Assembly (NCBI GenBank): GCA_031362415.1
Contig: JANLSK010000149.1
Location: 1 to 61,074 of the forward strand
DNA: 61,074 nt
Reading direction: 5' to 3'
DNA from: Actinomycetes bacterium
GTDB lineage: Bacteria > Actinomycetota > Acidimicrobiia > IMCC26256 > VFJJ01
A program made the position numbers and the translations under genes. How positions within the stretch are numbered: the first letter of the stretch is position 1; every line of letters begins with the position of its first letter. Of the stretch, positions 1-9,540 are shown piece by piece. Under the pieces are notes generated by a model, which saw only the letters and a program-made list of their open reading frames with translations, did not search any database and had not been told where the DNA came from.

Positions 1-512
1 CCCGGCCGACATGGTGCTCATGCTCCCGTGGATGGACGTCACCCAACGCCGCCGAGGTTGAGGCCGGCCGCCCGGAGCATGTGATGACTCTTCAGACGCG
101 GGGACTGGGACACCGCTACTGCTCGATGGTACCGCCCGCTCAATCGGCAACGCCGGGATCCGGTCACCGGCCTGCCGGATGCCATCGACGAGCTGCGGCG
201 GGGGGCGCGCGGCACTTGGCGCGGGGCTGACGAATCCCGATCTCCGTTGGATCGTACCCAGGGCTCGGGTGTTCCTCGTTGTATCGCCGGGCGGGATGCC
301 GGGATGCATCGAGTGCTCGTTGACAGGCCGGCTCGCTTCTCCGTACTCGACCGAGACCGTCCTCACCGAGCCGGTTCGGGCGAGGGCTGATACCGGCGGA
401 GCCGACACCGCTTCTCGATGTGACACGAATCACGGTCCGGTGCCTGACCAATCTCGGCATCCGGTGACTCGAGGGATTGACCACAGGGGATTATTCGTTA
501 GCGTTGGTCTCG

Positions 513-1523
513 ATGACCAACACATCGATGCGCCGTGGAGATACCGTCGAGGTGCGCAACGCAGGCGAGGTCCTGGCCACCCTCGACGAGCGCGGCACCG
601 TCGACGGGTTGCCGTTCATGCCGGAGATGGTTGGATACTGCGGCCAGCGCTTCACCGTCGAAGCCCGGGCCGATCGGGTCTGCGACACGATCGAGTGGAC
701 GGGCACCCGCCACCTGACCGACTCCCTGTACCTCGGCGACGAGCGCTGCGACGGCAAGGCTCACGGCGGATGTCAGGCCGAGTGCCGCCTCTTGTGGAAG
801 GAGGTGTGGCTGCGCAGTGTCGACGCCTCTACGCCGGCGAGCGCCCCGTCGTCACCGATTGACATCGAGACGCTCATCGCCTGCGCCACCGCGAGCTCGC
901 GCACGACCGTCGAGGTCGACGGCCGACCCGAGGAGCGGTTCCGGTGTCAGGCGACCGATCTCCTCGGGTGCACGACGCACGTCAAGCTGTGGGACGCCCG
1001 GTCGTACCTCAACGAGCTCACGAGCGGCAACGTTGCTCCCGGCACCTGGGCCAAGGTGATGGCGCGGGCCGCCGTCGAGGAGCCGGCGCGAGTCATCCGT
1101 CGCCATCCCCGGCTGTTCATCGCGGGCGAGCCCGGTCCGACGCCCACCGCCGATTCGTTGCACCTGCAGCCTGGGGAGCTCGTCCGTGTGAAGCGCCGGG
1201 AAGAGATCCAGCGCACGCTCAACGACAAGGGGCGCAACAAGGGTCTGTGGTTCGACCGCGAGATGCTCCAATTCTGCGGACGAACCTTCCGGGTCCGGCA
1301 GCGGGTCACCCGGTTCGTCAACGACCAGGACGGCCTCATGATCGAGCTCACAACCGACTCGATCACGCTCGACGATGCCGCCTGCTCCGGTCACCTGAGC
1401 CAGCGGCGATGGTTCTGCGCCCGGGCCATCCTCCCGTACTGGCGCGAATGCTGGCTGGAGCGGGTCGGTGCTCCGGTTGAGCCGATCTCGCACGCCTCGA
1501 GCTTCTCGCCGACGGCGCCCTGA
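513..1523 (+). CDS. hypothetical protein with internally duplicated ~100-aa Cys-containing module
   Basis: ORF 477..1523 (TTG) with in-frame ATGs at 513 and 528. There are two tandem copies of a module that begins with GDTVEV/GELVRV. Each copy has an LxFCG(Q/R)xF(T/R)V core and ends with a Cys cluster (CDGKAHGGCQAEC and CSGHLSQRRWFCARAILPYWREC). Family not recognised. Confidence 0.45.
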   Translation: MTNTSMRRGDTVEVRNAGEVLATLDERGTVDGLPFMPEMVGYCGQRFTVEARADRVCDTIEWTGTRHLTDSLYLGDERCDGKAHGGCQAECRLLWKEVWLRSVDASTPASAPSSPIDIETLIACATASSRTTVEVDGRPEERFRCQATDLLGCTTHVKLWDARSYLNELTSGNVAPGTWAKVMARAAVEEPARVIRRHPRLFIAGEPGPTPTADSLHLQPGELVRVKRREEIQRTLNDKGRNKGLWFDREMLQFCGRTFRVRQRVTRFVNDQDGLMIELTTDSITLDDAACSGHLSQRRWFCARAILPYWRECWLERVGAPVEPISHASSFSPTAP

Positions 1524-1717
1524 CGCCGGGGGTGCCCGCAAGATAGCTTCGCTCGTTTGAAGTGGCGTTCAGGGCGCCCGGCATCGGCATAAGTCAACGG
1601 GCGCATCCGCTGCCCGGGATGGCCGCTCCTCCAGATGTGCGTGTTGACGATGGGCGCCGCGAGCACCCGGCATCGTCGAAGCGCTCGACTGTCATCCGCC
1701 GCTCTACGCTCCCCGCG

Positions 1718-2749
1718 ATGGTTGCGCCGGTGATCCGCCTGGGTGTCAGCTCGTGCCTGCTGGGCGAGCCCGTCCGGTTCGACGGTGGCCACAAGCGCGA
1801 CGGATTCCTCGTCGATACCGTGGCTCGGCTGGTGGAGCTCGTCCCGGTCTGTCCCGAGGTCGAGATGGGTCTCGGCGTGCCCCGCGAGGCGGTACGGCTC
1901 CTTGCGTCCACCCGTCTCCCCGGAATGGCCGGAAAGCCCGTGCCACCCGGTGAGGACGGCAGATCAGAGTCTGTCGATCGGGCGCCAGTACGTGAGATCC
2001 GGCTGGTCGGGAGCCGCTCGGGAATCGATCACACCGAGCGGATGGCCCGCTGGACCGATCGTCGTCTCGACGAGCTCTCGGCGATCCCGTTCGATGGATA
2101 CCTGCTCAAGAAGGGCTCGCCGTCGTGTGGTCTCAAGGTGAAGGTCTATGACGAGTCGGGGATGCCGTCGTCGTCAGGCCGAGGCCGGTTCGCCGAGGCT
2201 CTGACCGAGCGGTGGCCGCTCCTGCCGGTCGAAGACGACGGCCGCCTCCAGGACGCCGGCTTGCGCGAGCACTTCTTCGTGCGGGTCTTCGCGCACCACC
2301 GGTGGCGGACGTTCCTCGACGGTCGGCCCGCGATGCGCGACCTCGTCGCGTTCCACAGCTCGCACAAGTACCTCCTGCTGGCTCACAGCCCGGCCCGCGG
2401 CAAGGCGCTGGGACCCCTCGTTGCCGTTGGCGGAACCCGTCAACTGGCGGAGGTGCTGTGCGAGTACGAGCACGGGTTCTTCGCTGCGCTTGCGGTGCGG
2501 GCCACCCGCGGCAAGCACGTGAACGTGCTCCAGCACCTCGCCGGCTTCGTGAGTGACTCCATCAACGCCCGCACGCGGGCTGAGCTGGCCGGGCTCATCG
2601 ACGACTACCAGGCGGGGATCGTGTCCCTGGCCGTCCCGCTCACGCTGCTCAGGCACCTCCTCCTCGATGATGGGGTGCACGAGTGGGCCCGTCGCCAGGA
2701 GTATCTGGCACCGCACCCGAAAGAGCTGGCGCTACGCACGGGGCTGTGA
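1718..2749 (+). CDS. DUF523/DUF1722 family protein (YbgA-like)
   Basis: N-terminus IRLGVSSCLLGEPVRFDGGHK matches the DUF523 signature. The ~340 aa length fits the YbgA-like two-domain architecture. ATG at 1718 inside the longer ORF 1562..2749. Confidence 0.6.
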   Translation: MVAPVIRLGVSSCLLGEPVRFDGGHKRDGFLVDTVARLVELVPVCPEVEMGLGVPREAVRLLASTRLPGMAGKPVPPGEDGRSESVDRAPVREIRLVGSRSGIDHTERMARWTDRRLDELSAIPFDGYLLKKGSPSCGLKVKVYDESGMPSSSGRGRFAEALTERWPLLPVEDDGRLQDAGLREHFFVRVFAHHRWRTFLDGRPAMRDLVAFHSSHKYLLLAHSPARGKALGPLVAVGGTRQLAEVLCEYEHGFFAALAVRATRGKHVNVLQHLAGFVSDSINARTRAELAGLIDDYQAGIVSLAVPLTLLRHLLLDDGVHEWARRQEYLAPHPKELALRTGL

Positions 2750-2808
2750 CCGCGAGATAGCGTCCGCCGCGTGGCTGGAAGTCGGGCTCGTCGACTCGGA
2801 GGTGTGGT

Positions 2809-3564
2809 GTGGCTGGTTCGCTCGTAGGCAAGGTGGCCATCGTCACCGGGGCAGCCGGGGGGATCGGCTCGGCCTACTCGCGAGCGCTCGCCGAGGCGGG
2901 CGCCTCGGTGGTGCTGGCCGACGTGAACGCGGAAGGGGTCAAGACCCGCACCGACGAGCTCCTCGCCGCCGGACATCAGGCGATGGGCATCGAGATCGAC
3001 ATCGGCGACGAGGCCAGCGTGCGGGCCAACGTGGCTCGGGTCGTGGCCAAGCTCGGCGGCGTCGACATCCTCGTGAACAACGCGGCGTTGATGGCCGAGA
3101 TCGGCTACGGAACGGTGAGCGACATCCCCGTCGACCTGTGGCGACGGGTCATCGACGTCAATCTCACCGGCGCCCTGTTGTGCATCCAGGCCGTCGTCCC
3201 TTCCATGAAGGAGCGCGGCGGCGGCAAGATCGTGAACCAGGCTTCGGCCGGGGCCTTCATCGCCGGCGGGGTCTACGGCGTCTCCAAGCTGGCACTGGTG
3301 TCGCTCACGGTCACGCTGGCCAACGAGCTCGCGCCCCACAAGATCAACGTGAACGCAATCGCACCCGGGTTCGTGAACACCGACGCCGGGCTCCGGGCCA
3401 CTCCCGACGACATGGCTGGCATGCGTGACATGCTGGCGCCGCTCAAGGGCCTGGGGGAAACCAGCGACCTGATCGGCGCGTTGATGCTGCTCGTCACCGA
3501 CGCCGGCTCGTGGATCACCGGCCAGACCCTCAACGTCGACGGCGGCTGGGTGATGAGGATCTGA
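2809..3564 (+). CDS. SDR family NAD(P)-dependent oxidoreductase
   Basis: GKVAIVTGAAGGIGSAY Rossmann motif, NNAA motif and YGVSK catalytic Y-x3-K. 251 aa. Confidence 0.85.
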   Translation: MAGSLVGKVAIVTGAAGGIGSAYSRALAEAGASVVLADVNAEGVKTRTDELLAAGHQAMGIEIDIGDEASVRANVARVVAKLGGVDILVNNAALMAEIGYGTVSDIPVDLWRRVIDVNLTGALLCIQAVVPSMKERGGGKIVNQASAGAFIAGGVYGVSKLALVSLTVTLANELAPHKINVNAIAPGFVNTDAGLRATPDDMAGMRDMLAPLKGLGETSDLIGALMLLVTDAGSWITGQTLNVDGGWVMRI

Positions 3565-3660
3565 GCCCCCGCTCCGCTCCACTGTTGCGCTGTTTCGCTC
3601 CACTGTTGCGCTCCACCGATTCTGTTCTGCTGCCCGCTCCGCCGTCCGCCAGGAGACACC

Positions 3661-4533
3661 GTGAAACCGGCACCCTTCGAGTACCACGCCCCAGAGACGG
3701 TCGACGACGCCGTCGGGCTCCTCGCTCAGCACGGCGACGACGCCAAGCCCCTGGCTGGCGGTCAGAGCCTCGTTCCCCTGCTGTCGCTGCGACTCACTCG
3801 CTTCGACCATCTCGTCGATCTCAATCGCATCGGTGCCCTGCAGGGCATCCGCCGCGAGAACGGTCACGTGGTGGTCGGGGCCATGACCCGGCATCGGGCC
3901 GTCGAGCTCGACCCGTCGATCGGCTCGACCGTTCCCCTGCTCGCGGCGGCGGTGCCGTGGATCGGCCACTTCCAGATCCGCAACCGGGGCACGATCGGCG
4001 GCTCCATCGCCCATGCCGATCCGGCGGCCGAGCTCCCCGCCGTGGCCGCGGCACTCGATGCCGAGATGGAGATCACCTCGAAGTCGGGGGTGCGCCGGCT
4101 GGCGGCCGCCGACTTCTTCCAGGGCACGTTCATGACCGCCATCGACACCGGAGAGTTGCTCACGGCCATCCGATTCCCGGTGTGGGGCAAGGAGTCGGGG
4201 TTCGCGTTCACCGAGTTCGCCCGCCGCAGCGGCGACTTCGCCATCGCCGGCGTCGGCGTGGGGCTCGAAGCCTCCGGGGGCACGATCACCCGGGCGGCGA
4301 TCGCCTTCATGGGCATGGGCCCCGTGCCCGCGCGAGCCGCCGACGCCGAGAAGGCGCTCCTCGGAGTGAGCCTCGATTCGCTCGACGCCGCCGCCGTTGC
4401 CCGGATCGCCGTGGCCGCCACCGACGCCACCGGCGATGTGCACGCCTCGGCCGCCAACCGCACCACGATCGCCACCCATCTCGCCGAGCAGGCCCTCACC
4501 CGAGCGGCCTCCCTTGCTGCGGCCAACGTCTGA
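3661..4533 (+). CDS. molybdenum hydroxylase FAD-binding (medium) subunit, CoxM/XdhB-like
   Basis: FAD-binding motifs AGGQSLVPLL and RNRGTIGGSIAHADPAAE. It is the first gene of an M-S-L operon. Confidence 0.85.
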   Translation: MKPAPFEYHAPETVDDAVGLLAQHGDDAKPLAGGQSLVPLLSLRLTRFDHLVDLNRIGALQGIRRENGHVVVGAMTRHRAVELDPSIGSTVPLLAAAVPWIGHFQIRNRGTIGGSIAHADPAAELPAVAAALDAEMEITSKSGVRRLAAADFFQGTFMTAIDTGELLTAIRFPVWGKESGFAFTEFARRSGDFAIAGVGVGLEASGGTITRAAIAFMGMGPVPARAADAEKALLGVSLDSLDAAAVARIAVAATDATGDVHASAANRTTIATHLAEQALTRAASLAAANV

Positions 4534-4547
4534 GAGTCGAGCCGACC

Positions 4548-5048
4548 ATGAGCGAAGTCACCATCCGCATGAACGTCAACGGAACGGCCCGCCGAGGTCG
4601 CATCGAGCCTCGCAAGACCCTGGCCGACTTCCTCCGCGAGGACTGCGTGGCCACGAGCGTCCACCTCGCCTGCGAGCACGGCGTGTGCGGCGCGTGCACC
4701 GTCATCGTCGACGGTGTGGCCTCCCGCTCGTGCCTCATGTTCGCCGTGCAGGCCGACGGGGCGTCGATCACCACGGCCGAGGGCCTGGCCAATCCCGACG
4801 GATCGCTCGGCATCGTCCAAGACGCGTTCCGGCAGTGCCACGGGCTCCAGTGCGGCTTCTGCACGCCAGGATTCGTGGTCTCGGTGACGGCGTTCCTGCA
4901 GGAGAACCCCGATCCCTCGTTGGAGGAGATCAGGGAGGGCATCTCGGGGAACCTGTGCCGCTGCACCGGTTACCAGGGGATCATCAAGGCCGTGCAGCAC
5001 GCCGCCGCTGCAGGCCGCACCGCGGTCACCTCGACGGAAGGCAACTGA
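4548..5048 (+). CDS. (2Fe-2S)-binding small subunit, CoxS/XdhC-like
   Basis: CEHGVCGACTV and CHGLQCGFCTPGF...GNLCRCTGY are the two 2Fe-2S cluster motifs. ATG at 4548 lies 14 bp after the coxM stop. Confidence 0.9.
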   Translation: MSEVTIRMNVNGTARRGRIEPRKTLADFLREDCVATSVHLACEHGVCGACTVIVDGVASRSCLMFAVQADGASITTAEGLANPDGSLGIVQDAFRQCHGLQCGFCTPGFVVSVTAFLQENPDPSLEEIREGISGNLCRCTGYQGIIKAVQHAAAAGRTAVTSTEGN

Positions 5049-5049
5049 C

Positions 5050-7425
5050 ATGGCGCAGCCGCACGTTTCCATGAGCGACAAGCACCGCGAGCGGGCCCCG
5101 ATGTTCGAGGGCACCGCGGCCCGCTTCGTCGGCCAGAAGGTGCTCCGCAAGGAAGACCCGCGCCTCGTCACCGGCCACGGTCAGTACGTCGACGACGTCG
5201 TGCTGCCCGGGATGGTGCACGCGACGTTCCTGCGCTCGAACGTGGCCAAGGGCCGCATCACCAAGCTCGACACGAGCGCAGCCCTCGGGCTCGACGGGGT
5301 GATCGCCGTCTACACGCACGAGGATCTGCACTTCCCGGCCAACGCCATCGTCCCCACGATGATGATGGCCATGGGCGGGCCGGTCTGCCCCGAGAACCTC
5401 CTGGCCAAGGACGACGTGCGTTTCGTCGGCGACTGCATCGCCGTCGTGGTGGCCGAGAGTCGCTACATCGCCGAGGACGCGTTGGAGCTGATCGACCTCG
5501 AGATCGTGGCCGAGACGCCGGTCGTCGACATCGAGGATGCGCTCACCGACACCCACATCGTCCACAAGGAACTGGGTACCAACATCATCGGTACCGTCGA
5601 CATCCCTCGCGACCCGCACATCGAGGGCCTGCTCACCGAGTCGGCCCACGTCATCACGGCCACGTTCAATCAGGCCCGCCAGACCAACGCCCCCATGGAA
5701 ACCAAGGGCATCGTGGCCTCCTGGGACCGCTTCCGCGGTGAGCTGGTCGTGCACATGTCGAATCAGAACCCCCACGAGATCCGCCGCCGCGCCGCCGACC
5801 TGCTCGCCATCGACGAGTCGAAGGTGCACGTCTCCCAACAGGACGTGGGCGGTGGCTTTGGGCAGAAGATGTTCATGCCCCGCGAGGAAGCGGTGATCGT
5901 GTTGCTGGCCCGCGAGGTCGGCCGTCCGCTCAAGTGGATCGAGGACCGGCGCGAGAACCTGATGGCGTCGAACCACGCTCGGCGCGACCGGGGAACGGTC
6001 ACGTTCGCGCTCGACGCCGACGCCAACATCGTCGCCGGCTACGTCGACATCAACGAGGATGCCGGCGCGTACCCCTTCGGCGGTGCGGGTACCGGCGCCA
6101 TGGCCGGGATGCTGTTGCAGGGCCCGTACAAGCTCCAGCGCACGGCGTTCAAGTCGTACGCGGTGTTCACCAACACCTGCGGCCGGGCCGCGTACCGCGG
6201 ACCGTGGCAGTTCGAGTCGGTGATTCGCGAGCAGATGGTCGAGCACGTGGCCCGGCGCATCGGGATGGACCCGGTCGAGCTCCGGCGCCGCAACGTGATC
6301 CAGTGGGAAGACCTCCCGTGGACGACGCCGTTGCAGGCAATGGTCTACGACAACATGTCGCCGGCCGAGACCCTCGACCAGGCCGTCGAGATGATCGGCT
6401 ACGAAGCCTTCCGGGCCGAGCAGAAGCGGGCGTTCGAGGAAGAGGGCCGCCTGCTCGGCATCGGCTTCTCGCTGTACATCGAGCCGTCGGCGCAGAACAT
6501 GGGCCCGCTCGCCACCGAGGGCGCAACCGTCCAGATCAGCGGTACGGGCAAGGTCGACGTGTTCATGGGGACCGGCTCGCACGGCCAGTCGATCGAGACC
6601 ACCATGGCCCAGATCGTTGCCGAGGAGCTCGGGGTGCATGTCGACGATGTCGAGGTGCACCAGGGCGACTCCAACACGCCGTTCGGTGGGGGCACCGGTG
6701 GCTCGCGAACCGCGAGCATCGTGAGCGGCGCCGGCCGGGCCGCGGCCATCCAGGTGCGCCAGAAGGTGTTCCAGATCGCGGCGCACCTCCTCGAAGCGAA
6801 CCCCGACGACCTCGAGATCGACTCGAGCGTGGTCTCGGTGAAGGGAACGCCGGCCGGCAAGACGGTGACGCTGGCCCAGGTGGCCCACACGGCCCTGTAC
6901 GCCACCGAGGGCCTGCCTCCGGGCATGGAGACCGGCCTCGAGGCCACGGCCCGTCACCGCCAGGAAGCCGTGACGTGGTCCAACGCCTGCCACGTGTGCA
7001 CCGTCGAGGTCAACGCCAACACGGGCGCGGTGAGCTTCGCTCGCTACATCGTGAGTGAGGACTGCGGGCTCATGATCAACCCCATGGTCGTCGAGGGTCA
7101 GGTGGCCGGGGGAGTGGTGCAGGGCATCGCCGGCGTGTTGTACGAGGACTTCCGCTACGACGCCGATGGCAACCCGCTCACGACCACGTTCATGGACTAC
7201 CTGCTACCCACCGCGGCCGAGGTGCCGATCATCGAGCACGGTCACATCGAGACCCCGTCGAACACGCCGGGCGGTTACAAGGGCATGGGCGAGGGCGGTG
7301 CCATCGGTGCCCCGCCCTGTGTGTTCAACGCCGTGGCCGACGCCCTGTGGCTGCGCGGGATCGAGGTCTTCGACCACCCCCTCGGCCCCAACGAGATCCT
7401 CAACGCCCTGGCCACCGCCCACTGA
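5050..7425 (+). CDS. xanthine dehydrogenase family molybdopterin-binding large subunit (form II CoxL-like)
   Basis: 791 aa aldehyde oxidase/xanthine dehydrogenase a/b hammerhead plus Mo-binding domain. The active-site loop reads CGRAAYRGPW (AYRG, form II-like) rather than the form I VAYRCSFR. The ATG lies 1 bp after the coxS stop. Confidence 0.85.
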   Translation: MAQPHVSMSDKHRERAPMFEGTAARFVGQKVLRKEDPRLVTGHGQYVDDVVLPGMVHATFLRSNVAKGRITKLDTSAALGLDGVIAVYTHEDLHFPANAIVPTMMMAMGGPVCPENLLAKDDVRFVGDCIAVVVAESRYIAEDALELIDLEIVAETPVVDIEDALTDTHIVHKELGTNIIGTVDIPRDPHIEGLLTESAHVITATFNQARQTNAPMETKGIVASWDRFRGELVVHMSNQNPHEIRRRAADLLAIDESKVHVSQQDVGGGFGQKMFMPREEAVIVLLAREVGRPLKWIEDRRENLMASNHARRDRGTVTFALDADANIVAGYVDINEDAGAYPFGGAGTGAMAGMLLQGPYKLQRTAFKSYAVFTNTCGRAAYRGPWQFESVIREQMVEHVARRIGMDPVELRRRNVIQWEDLPWTTPLQAMVYDNMSPAETLDQAVEMIGYEAFRAEQKRAFEEEGRLLGIGFSLYIEPSAQNMGPLATEGATVQISGTGKVDVFMGTGSHGQSIETTMAQIVAEELGVHVDDVEVHQGDSNTPFGGGTGGSRTASIVSGAGRAAAIQVRQKVFQIAAHLLEANPDDLEIDSSVVSVKGTPAGKTVTLAQVAHTALYATEGLPPGMETGLEATARHRQEAVTWSNACHVCTVEVNANTGAVSFARYIVSEDCGLMINPMVVEGQVAGGVVQGIAGVLYEDFRYDADGNPLTTTFMDYLLPTAAEVPIIEHGHIETPSNTPGGYKGMGEGGAIGAPPCVFNAVADALWLRGIEVFDHPLGPNEILNALATAH

Positions 7426-7478
7426 GCAGGGTTCGTGCGGCGAGTACCACACCGGTGGTCGTTGAGTAGCATGAACGT

Positions 7479-7802
7479 ATGACGAACAGGGACCGGCTGT
7501 CGGCGACCGTGGAAGCCGATCTGCTGGCGGCGGGCCAGGCCGCGGTTGCCGAAGGGCGGGCGGAAAGCCTGAGCGCGTGGGTGAACGACGCACTCCGGCG
7601 CCAGGTCGAGCACGAGCGGCGGATGAGCGCGCTCGACGAGTTCATCGCGGCGTACGAAGCCGAGCACGGTGTTATCAGTGATGACGAGATTCGCGAGTCG
7701 ACGCGGCGCACGAGATCGCGGGCAGTCGTCGTTCGGTCGGCTACCCCCACGGGCGCCTCCGTCCCGCCGCCGGCTCGCAGACGGGCCCAGAGGTCCGCAT
7801 GA
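7479..7802 (+). CDS. type II toxin-antitoxin system antitoxin (VapB/RHH-like)
   Basis: 107-aa protein. Its stop overlaps the downstream PIN gene start by 4 bp (ATGA). Confidence 0.6.
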   Translation: MTNRDRLSATVEADLLAAGQAAVAEGRAESLSAWVNDALRRQVEHERRMSALDEFIAAYEAEHGVISDDEIRESTRRTRSRAVVVRSATPTGASVPPPARRRAQRSA

Positions 7803-8179
7803 CCGTCGTCCTCCACGCCGGAGCGTTCGTAGCCGTCGAGCGGGGAGATCGTGACATCGTGGCGATCATCAAGCGGGAGCGTCTGGCGAACCGTTCACCA
7901 GTGACGCACGGCGGGGTGCTCGGCCAGGTGTGGCGAGGCGGGCGCGGTCGCCAGGCGATACTCGCTCGACTCTTGATCGGCGTCGACGTCCGGCCGCTCG
8001 ACGATGGTCTCGGCCGTCAGGCCGGGGTGCTGCTCGCTGCGAGCGGTCGGGCCGATGTGATCGACGCCGCGGTGATACTCCTCGCGGCCGACGGTGACGA
8101 AATCTTCACATCTGATCTCAACGACCTGAGGCAGCTGGCCGAGGTGTCCGGCCGTCATGTGGACCTGATCGGCACGTGA
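7799..8179 (+). CDS. type II toxin VapC (PIN domain)
   Basis: 126 aa with PIN-like acidic residues (HAGAFVAVERGD..., ...LLAADGDEIFTSDLND). Translationally coupled to the upstream antitoxin. Confidence 0.7.
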   Translation: MTVVLHAGAFVAVERGDRDIVAIIKRERLANRSPVTHGGVLGQVWRGGRGRQAILARLLIGVDVRPLDDGLGRQAGVLLAASGRADVIDAAVILLAADGDEIFTSDLNDLRQLAEVSGRHVDLIGT

Positions 8180-8346
8180 GTCACCGAGATCGTGCCTGCT
8201 GGAGTGGGCGACGACACGGACCCAGTCCCAGACGCTTTCTTCGCGCTTTTTCACCGGGGGTGCGCGAAATCGCGGAGAATCCGGTCGCAGGCTCGCGGCC
8301 GACGGTCGGGTGCGCTGCGCGATGGCGCCCGACGGCCTTCTGGGGC

Positions 8347-9531
8347 CTACTTCGCGCCGTCGAGGAGGTCTTGGAAGCCGTACTGGTCGTGGGGGCCGAT
8401 GACCATGAACTCCCAGAGGCCGTGGCCGACACGGCCGTCGAGCTCGGGGCGGCCGGGGGCCCGCACGGTGAAGCGGCCGACGCTGTCGATGATGCCCCAC
8501 ATCTGGGCCTTGGCTTCGGGGGTCGCCAGGTCGACGACGACGGCCTCGGTCTTGTGGGGTCCCTGGTACATGCCGTGGCGCCAGCCGGGTTCGGCGCCGT
8601 AGCCCGTCCCGATGCCGAGGTACACGGGGTAGCGCATCTCGATGTCGACCTCGATGGGCCCGCCGATGGCGTGCGGGAACCGGATGACGCCCCGCTCGGC
8701 GATGCGGGTCCCGGGCCGGAACACCAGATCATGCTCGGGCCGACCCAACAGCTCCATGGGCTTGCCGGTGGCGTCGGGCCACATGAGCTCGCCGGTTTCC
8801 ATCACCCGGGTGCCGTCGCGCTCCTCCTGGCAGATGTAGATGAACGAAAACTCGTCGAACCGCACCGGCGCGTAGTTCCAATAGAAGGTGGACATCTGCG
8901 ATCCGTGGATACCGGGGGCCTCGGGCTCGCCGACGGGACGCACGCCCCATGATCGATCGCGTGAACCCCACCATCTGTCGGGGGTGACGGCCAGGGTCTT
9001 GCCGGCGACCTCCAGGGTCCCTTCCCACACGCCGTTCTGGGCCAGGCGCTGGGTGTCGAAGGTGACCCGTCCGTGCTTGCGGATGAAGTGGCGGGGCTCG
9101 AGCGTCGGATGATGCGAACCCGTCCAGGTGATGTCGGCGGCGACGCCGGCGTCGTTGGGCTCCACGATCACCCGCAGCCGCTTGAGCCCCTCCAGCACCT
9201 CGATGCGGATGGGCCCCACGCTGGTGTCCATGCGATCGAGCCCGAGCTCGCGTGACGCCCGTACGACGCGCTGCATGTCTGTACCAGCAGCGGCCCCAAC
9301 ACCCGTCACCCCGGGCGTCGTGCGGCGGACACAGAAGAAGGCGTCGGTGGTGCCGAGGTTCGGGTACTGGCCCAGTCCGAAGATGCAGAACACGTCGTCG
9401 GAGCACGAGTGCATGTTGAAGTAGTAGCGGTCGTAGAAATTGCGATCGCTGGTGCCGGCGTAGCGGATGGGCTCAGCGATCTGGTGGACGGGGTAGTCGT
9501 CGAGCGGCGAGAGTGGGTTGTCGAAGTTCAT
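8347..9531 (-). CDS. hypothetical protein, RDRSWG-motif family (paralog A)
   Basis: 394-aa ORF. It shares DRNFYDRYYFNMH, GLGQYPNLG and RDRSWGVRPVGE blocks with the ORF at 28612..29733, and the RDR(S/T)WG block with 24764..25825. Confidence 0.6.
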   Translation of the reverse strand: MNFDNPLSPLDDYPVHQIAEPIRYAGTSDRNFYDRYYFNMHSCSDDVFCIFGLGQYPNLGTTDAFFCVRRTTPGVTGVGAAAGTDMQRVVRASRELGLDRMDTSVGPIRIEVLEGLKRLRVIVEPNDAGVAADITWTGSHHPTLEPRHFIRKHGRVTFDTQRLAQNGVWEGTLEVAGKTLAVTPDRWWGSRDRSWGVRPVGEPEAPGIHGSQMSTFYWNYAPVRFDEFSFIYICQEERDGTRVMETGELMWPDATGKPMELLGRPEHDLVFRPGTRIAERGVIRFPHAIGGPIEVDIEMRYPVYLGIGTGYGAEPGWRHGMYQGPHKTEAVVVDLATPEAKAQMWGIIDSVGRFTVRAPGRPELDGRVGHGLWEFMVIGPHDQYGFQDLLDGAK

Positions 9532-9540
9532 GGCGATCCT

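Noticed and set aside
2605-4479. 624-aa ORF on the minus strand, and the similar very long antisense ORFs at 5026-6993, 10142-11956, 13990-15639, 15660-17039, 28580-30529, 45177-47282, 48196-50100 and 59810-61045
   Set aside because: All run antisense through well-supported genes (coxM/L, AI-2E transporter, MFS, cupredoxin lipoprotein, amidohydrolases, PQQ-repeat protein, CHAT). Their products are Arg/Gly/Pro-rich with no motifs. This is the typical stop-codon-poor antisense artefact of ~70% GC DNA.
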